The notes under the pieces were generated by a model. The model was not told the origin of the DNA. It was given only the letters and a program-made list of their open reading frames with translations, and did not search any database. This document shows positions 59,568 through 64,000 of a stretch of 64,000 nucleotides of DNA, piece by piece. Made by a program: the position numbers and the translations under genes. The stretch comes from Patescibacteria group bacterium (GTDB lineage Bacteria; Patescibacteriota; WWE3; UBA101185; UBA10185): contig BPJL01000007.1 in the NCBI GenBank assembly GCA_026004595.1, forward strand, positions 12,460-76,459. Reading direction: 5' to 3'. How positions within the stretch are numbered: the stretch's first letter is position 1; every line of letters starts with the position of its first letter.

Positions 59568-59761
59568 ATAAAGAAAGAAACTGCTATAGCTCCGATCCCA
59601 AGCAGAAGCATTAAACCAGATGCTATGTATATACCATAGTAAGCATATTCCCAGTTTTTACTTTTGTCTTTACGTTTTTTTACAAAGAACACGTTAACTA
59701 TTAACGCGACTAAAGCCAGTACAATCATTATTGATCCAACTGAAATGATAATGATGTTCAT
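59564..59761 (-). CDS. Small single/double-TM protein (65 aa)
   Basis: Hydrophobic track ORF filling the gap between TFIIS and HNH genes. Confidence 0.3.
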   Translation of the reverse strand: MNIIIISVGSIMIVLALVALIVNVFFVKKRKDKSKNWEYAYYGIYIASGLMLLLGIGAIAVSFFI

Positions 59762-59774
59762 TTTAAGTTGTGTT

Positions 59775-60581
59775 CTATTTTTTTAAACTATTAACTATTT
59801 TGTTATAATATTCCATCATCCTGTTTGGAACTGGGAGTTTTGTTTTAACGTTTTTACCGGGTAGCTGTTTGTCTAACTCTGAGAAAAGGTACAGAGCGAG
59901 TGCTGTGGTGTAGTGTGGATCACTTGGGTCAATAAAGTTTAAACCGGGAAGGTCGTTTACTATCATCCACTCGTAAGCATGCATTGTTCCCATTCCCTTT
60001 CTTCCCTTGTTACAGTTAGCACAGGAGATTCTTAGGTTTGAAACCTCATCCTTCCCGCCAAGGCAGTAGGGTACTATGTGAGCAACGTCACAGGAATCAA
60101 TATTTACCCTTTGAAGGCATGCGAAGCAAGACCTTGATTTGTGATCAGAAAGACTTCTGTTTCTCCACTGAAGTCCCTCTGTTCTATTTCCCTCTTCGCA
60201 CCATACTTCCATCTTTAGCTTTGGAGTTATCGGTGTCCTTTGCGTTTTTGATTCCTTAACCATGGGTAAGTTTTTAGTTATCTTTGATGAACTTGAGTTG
60301 GGAATACCGTTGAGTTCAACACACCTCAAAAAGGGAACAAAGTACTTAAGAAACTCTATCAGATATTTTTCATCATCGTACGTCAGCTTTATTTTTTCGT
60401 TAATACTATAAACCCCTCTACAGGGTTTACAGTTCCATCTTAAGGTTTCCAGTTTAAAGTACTTGTTTTCAACTGGAACAGATGCTGATATAAGACCGTC
60501 CCTGAATTTAACTTTGTCTTTCCAGAGATCAGTGTTAATAACTTCTGTGTTTCCTTCGTATATTTTTTTGGCTATGTCCAT
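59775..60581 (-). CDS. HNH endonuclease-domain protein
   Basis: 'CFACLQRVNIDSCDVAHIVPYCLGGKDEVSNLRISCANCNKGRKG', the HNH ββα-Me core (H…N…C-x2-C-N). Confidence 0.65.
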   Translation of the reverse strand: MDIAKKIYEGNTEVINTDLWKDKVKFRDGLISASVPVENKYFKLETLRWNCKPCRGVYSINEKIKLTYDDEKYLIEFLKYFVPFLRCVELNGIPNSSSSKITKNLPMVKESKTQRTPITPKLKMEVWCEEGNRTEGLQWRNRSLSDHKSRSCFACLQRVNIDSCDVAHIVPYCLGGKDEVSNLRISCANCNKGRKGMGTMHAYEWMIVNDLPGLNFIDPSDPHYTTALALYLFSELDKQLPGKNVKTKLPVPNRMMEYYNKIVNSLKK

Positions 60582-60620
60582 TTTTTAGAAATAAAAAATG
60601 CTCAAAAATTATATTTTAAA

Positions 60621-61283
60621 ATGGGAACGTTTGAAAAAACAGTAGATAAAGTCTTAAGTAGCTTAAGCTTAGATAAAGACAAACTAAATACCACGAAGAT
60701 CAAAGCTATAATGATTGTTTATGAAGATGAACATTTTAAGGATATAATTAGTTTTATAGAAAAAAATGACATAACAGATGAGTTTGTTGAAATAGCCTTT
60801 CTAGCGAAAAGGGTAAATGCTCTGAAAATATTAAAAGAGAAAATTAATACCATAAACAGTAACCCTAAATTCTATCTCAAGTATTTTCTCTTTGCTTCAA
60901 TAGTACCAGACGTGCTTAAAGCAACATCTATTAACAACGAAGACGATCTGCACAAGTTTATGAAAAACTCTATCTTTGGTGACGAAGCTCTTATATCTCC
61001 ACCGCTTAAGGTTGAGATATTGGATTATAAAAAGGAAACAAACATAAGGAGCACACTTGAAGCAATAGAATCAGAAAGCCCAAAAAGAAAAGTAGACCCA
61101 GATAGACTGTATAAAATGATGAAAGAAACCATCATGCTTGATGATGATTTCGAAAAAGAATCACATAACATATATGCTTTAATCTATAAAGCCGTAAAGA
61201 TACTTAGTGATAAAGGTGGTTCGGTAAGATTTGGTTTTAGTTTCTTAGACACCAAAAGGCTTGTCAGGATAACTATTATCTAA
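60621..61283 (+). CDS. Hypothetical protein (220 aa)
   Basis: ORF, no motif. Confidence 0.55.
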   Translation: MGTFEKTVDKVLSSLSLDKDKLNTTKIKAIMIVYEDEHFKDIISFIEKNDITDEFVEIAFLAKRVNALKILKEKINTINSNPKFYLKYFLFASIVPDVLKATSINNEDDLHKFMKNSIFGDEALISPPLKVEILDYKKETNIRSTLEAIESESPKRKVDPDRLYKMMKETIMLDDDFEKESHNIYALIYKAVKILSDKGGSVRFGFSFLDTKRLVRITII

Positions 61284-62916
61284 TGCACCTTTTCAAGCTT
61301 CTCCCATCGTCTTTATAGCTCACAATCAAACCTTCACACCTAACACAAAGCTCGTTTGTATTGCACCCGCCGCAAAGGTGCTGAGGGAAGCCCTTGGAAG
61401 TCGTGTAAAATCCGTGATCAGGTTTCGACAAAGAATCAAGGCTGATACAGTGGTAATCAGTTCTGTCTTCGCAGGGCTTATCTGTTTCAGTCTCAACAAT
61501 CGGTTGATAAACACAGTTTTCAGAGACTGTTCTGCTTATCAGCTCAACTAACGGTATAAGTGATCTGCTTGTTGTTGTGTCGCCTTTTGTAACCTCAAGA
61601 TCATAGCTAAGCAATAGCAAAAGAACGTCTCCCTTGATTGACATTGTACCAGTCAGGTTAACAAAGTGTACAAAACCGCTTAAAAGTGTCACATTAACAC
61701 TAAGTTCACAAGCAAACTGAACCATTTCAAAGATTAACCCTTCAACAACAATCGAATTTGTCTTAACGTTATGAGAAACGCCGTTTAAAACAGTTGTAAC
61801 AGTAGCCGGACCGGTTGAAATCCTTTCTATCATTTTACCCACATAGTTAACTTCTCCCGAGATTGTACCAGAAGCGTTGTAAATCAGGTCCGAACCGTCT
61901 CTAACAATAACACTAAGGGTTTTAACTGGTAGTTTCGATGCTTTTGGTGCAACGTCGGTGATAATAATGGTAAACATTGAATCGACACCTGAGGAAACTT
62001 CGCCGCTGAAGCTTGTTACATCAGTGTAAGTAGCTGAAACTTTTGTTATTTTTCCATTGGTTTTGTCGTATTCAAAAGTCAGTTCGAGATTGTTATAAGT
62101 CAAAAACGCTTTTACATATGGAGGAGACGCTCTGGGATCATGATCAAGTTTAGTGATGACAGTCAAGCTTTTACTGTCGATGGTACCCATGAAATCTAAT
62201 AGATCAACCTTTGTGACTAATATTGTGCCGTCTGTTAGTTTAGTATATGTAATGTTTGCGTAAAGTTTCTCAAAGGTTAGCGGTTTGTTGGTACTACTAC
62301 CACTATCAGTCAACGTCAGTTCAACTTTATTGTTAAGTTTAACACTGAGCAGCTTGAAGGTAGTCTGTTGTCCTGTGGAAGTCAGCTTAATTGGTTGATT
62401 GATTTCGCTGATGCCACTAACCCAGCTGTTTGTCGAAGTGTCACAGTGAACAGTTTGAACTTCTGAGTGACTCCTCAGAGTTGGCCTAAGAGCACAGCTA
62501 CAGTCAGAAAGACGATAATCACCACACGGCATAGACTTTCTACAAACACATTGGCATGTAGTGTTATCGACATACCCATTGACACACACGGGACGACTAC
62601 ACTCCCAACCCTCACCATTGCACCTGGCAGGGCAACCGTAACAGTAGGGAACACCAGTGCAAACCTGGTGATAAACACACCGACAACCATCAGTGGTCTT
62701 TAAGCAGACTACATTTCTAAGGTTACTCTCAGTGAATGTTGGATCATAGCGTCTTATGCTATCAAGATTTAGGCTCCTTAGCTGAAGCGATTGTTTAGCT
62801 TGACAGCTACACGCCTTTTCTCCCTCTTCTCTCGATGAAAATCCAACATAATCAACTTGACATTGTGAAAGATAAAGAATATATGTTAGTATGATTAGTT
62901 TAGTCTTAAGTTCCAT
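61276..62916 (-). CDS. Secreted/surface Cys-rich, Ser/Thr-rich protein (signal peptide + EGF-like Cys clusters at both ends)
   Basis: 'MELKTKLIILTYILYLSQCQ' signal-like. 'CRCVYHQVCTGVPYCYGCPARCNGEGWECSRPVCVNGYVDNTTCQCVCRK', S/T-rich core, C-terminal 'CGGCNTNELCVRCEG'. Confidence 0.6.
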   Translation of the reverse strand: MELKTKLIILTYILYLSQCQVDYVGFSSREEGEKACSCQAKQSLQLRSLNLDSIRRYDPTFTESNLRNVVCLKTTDGCRCVYHQVCTGVPYCYGCPARCNGEGWECSRPVCVNGYVDNTTCQCVCRKSMPCGDYRLSDCSCALRPTLRSHSEVQTVHCDTSTNSWVSGISEINQPIKLTSTGQQTTFKLLSVKLNNKVELTLTDSGSSTNKPLTFEKLYANITYTKLTDGTILVTKVDLLDFMGTIDSKSLTVITKLDHDPRASPPYVKAFLTYNNLELTFEYDKTNGKITKVSATYTDVTSFSGEVSSGVDSMFTIIITDVAPKASKLPVKTLSVIVRDGSDLIYNASGTISGEVNYVGKMIERISTGPATVTTVLNGVSHNVKTNSIVVEGLIFEMVQFACELSVNVTLLSGFVHFVNLTGTMSIKGDVLLLLLSYDLEVTKGDTTTSRSLIPLVELISRTVSENCVYQPIVETETDKPCEDRTDYHCISLDSLSKPDHGFYTTSKGFPQHLCGGCNTNELCVRCEGLIVSYKDDGRSLKRCIR

Positions 62917-62971
62917 TTTTATTTATGTTATATATTTTTTTGGAGAAAAATAAAATTTTAATATCGAAACA

Positions 62972-63999
62972 TTAGAACTGAACTGTTATCAGTGTGTTTT
63001 TGTCTTTTACCGAGACTCTGGCTGATTTAACATTGTCTTTTATCATGCTTAAACTAATAGGTCTACCTAGTCTTTTAGCAACAAGATTCTCTAAAACATT
63101 GATTTCTAATTCTCTGTTAGACAAAGAGTCAAAGATCATTTGACAAGAATAAACGGTTTCGAACTGTTTCTCGTCAAATGTTAATTTTGACTTGAGTTTG
63201 TTTATGCTAGCAATGAATTCCATTTCAAGAGGCCTCACCAGCGATCGTATTTTCTTTAAAAAAATACTTTTTTGTTTGGAATTAGTGTTCTGAACGAAAA
63301 GTAGATAGCTGTAAATGAGTCTTTCTATCTTATTAGACGAAGGAGGTATGTTAATTTTTTCGTTTTGTAAAAAGTCTTCAACCACGTTGATAAAATCAGA
63401 GTCAATATTTTCTGTGGTATATTTTATGTATTCTTCTTCAACTGTTTTCTGAATATTGTTTAGTACTGTAGGATCAATATTATCATCTAAACTCATTAAA
63501 TAATTTCTAAAGTTTTCATCAGTAACGTAATCACTTAGAAGCTTTTCCATATTAAATATTATATCTTCATTCGAGAAAGCATTGTTATATTCATCTAGCA
63601 GTTCGTTATTATTGTTAATTAGTTTTCCTATAACGGTTTCAGACCTATCCTTGTAAATTATTTTATCTGGAGAAATATCACCTGTGATTAACTTAACTAT
63701 AACATCATGATTTACAACTTCATCATTATAATGAAAATTTTCTATACCCTTTTTAATCATGTAAGAGACCAGTATTTCGGCTTTTCCTTCATCAAGCAAA
63801 CCTTCATCCTTGTAATAGCCAAGGTAAGTTTCGGGAAACAGAGCATTCTTAATGCTAAGCACGTCTAAGTATTTTTGTTTTTTATCTGTATAGTACTTGT
63901 TACCTATCTTTGTTAGAAGCCTATGAAGAGAATATCCAAGTTTTGTTTTGTCTAGTGCGAAATATCCCTCTCCCGATATAAATATTATGTCGCTTTTTT
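62972..63999 (-). CDS. Hypothetical protein, 5'-truncated by window end
   Basis: The track start (63862) is a GTG. The same frame stays open with no stop to the last base of the window (…EKSDIIFISGEGYFALDKTKLGYSLHRLLTKIGNKYYTDKKQKYLDVLSIKNALF…), so the gene continues beyond the window. Confidence 0.6.
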   Translation of the reverse strand, partial: KSDIIFISGEGYFALDKTKLGYSLHRLLTKIGNKYYTDKKQKYLDVLSIKNALFPETYLGYYKDEGLLDEGKAEILVSYMIKKGIENFHYNDEVVNHDVIVKLITGDISPDKIIYKDRSETVIGKLINNNNELLDEYNNAFSNEDIIFNMEKLLSDYVTDENFRNYLMSLDDNIDPTVLNNIQKTVEEEYIKYTTENIDSDFINVVEDFLQNEKINIPPSSNKIERLIYSYLLFVQNTNSKQKSIFLKKIRSLVRPLEMEFIASINKLKSKLTFDEKQFETVYSCQMIFDSLSNRELEINVLENLVAKRLGRPISLSMIKDNVKSARVSVKDKNTLITVQF

Positions 64000-64000
64000 C

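Noticed and set aside
1-63999. tRNA/rRNA genes
   Set aside because: No GTTCGA(A/T)TC-type T-arm motifs in plausible cloverleaf context, and no rRNA-like conserved stretches were seen by eye. A tRNAscan run would be needed to be sure.

Overview
This window is an AT-rich, densely packed (mostly 0-30 nt intergenic) segment that reads like a nucleocytoplasmic large DNA virus (giant virus) genome rather than a cellular one. Unique gene blocks are separated by three large non-coding tandem-repeat arrays (~1985-5480, ~23195-25890, ~47395-49995). Each array is 9-12 copies of a ~290-bp unit, and each unit carries a 15-bp inverted repeat (hairpin) around the motif GGCCACTAGATGG. Array 1 is in the opposite orientation to arrays 2 and 3.

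The coding content is dominated by a virus-encoded transcription and replication apparatus. The RNA polymerase largest subunit is split into separate genes: one C-terminal (A''-like, trigger-loop) gene and two adjacent, paralogous N-terminal (A'-like, NADFDGD active-site) genes that share a ~96-nt identical tract. Also present are an RPB5-like subunit, a TFIIS-type zinc-ribbon factor, a type II DNA topoisomerase, a D5-like SF3 primase-helicase, a separate AEP-type primase, a DExH helicase with low-complexity inserts, an XRN-like 5'-3' nuclease and a Nudix hydrolase.

Accessory content includes a metacaspase-like protease immediately upstream of the helicase, an Erv1/ALR thiol oxidase, a transglutaminase-like enzyme, an AAA+ ATPase, an HNH endonuclease and a complete ABC half-transporter (permease fused to ATP-binding domain). 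Two tandemly duplicated, hyper-repetitive BspA/DUF285-like repeat genes are followed by a decayed third copy, and there are several Cys-rich or transmembrane proteins, including a poxvirus L1/F9-like candidate.

The repeat-array architecture and overall gene repertoire are reminiscent of pithovirus-like giant viruses. That placement is an inference from memory and is not verified. I found no rRNA, tRNA or CRISPR. All functional calls rest on motifs read by eye and need HMM or BLAST confirmation.
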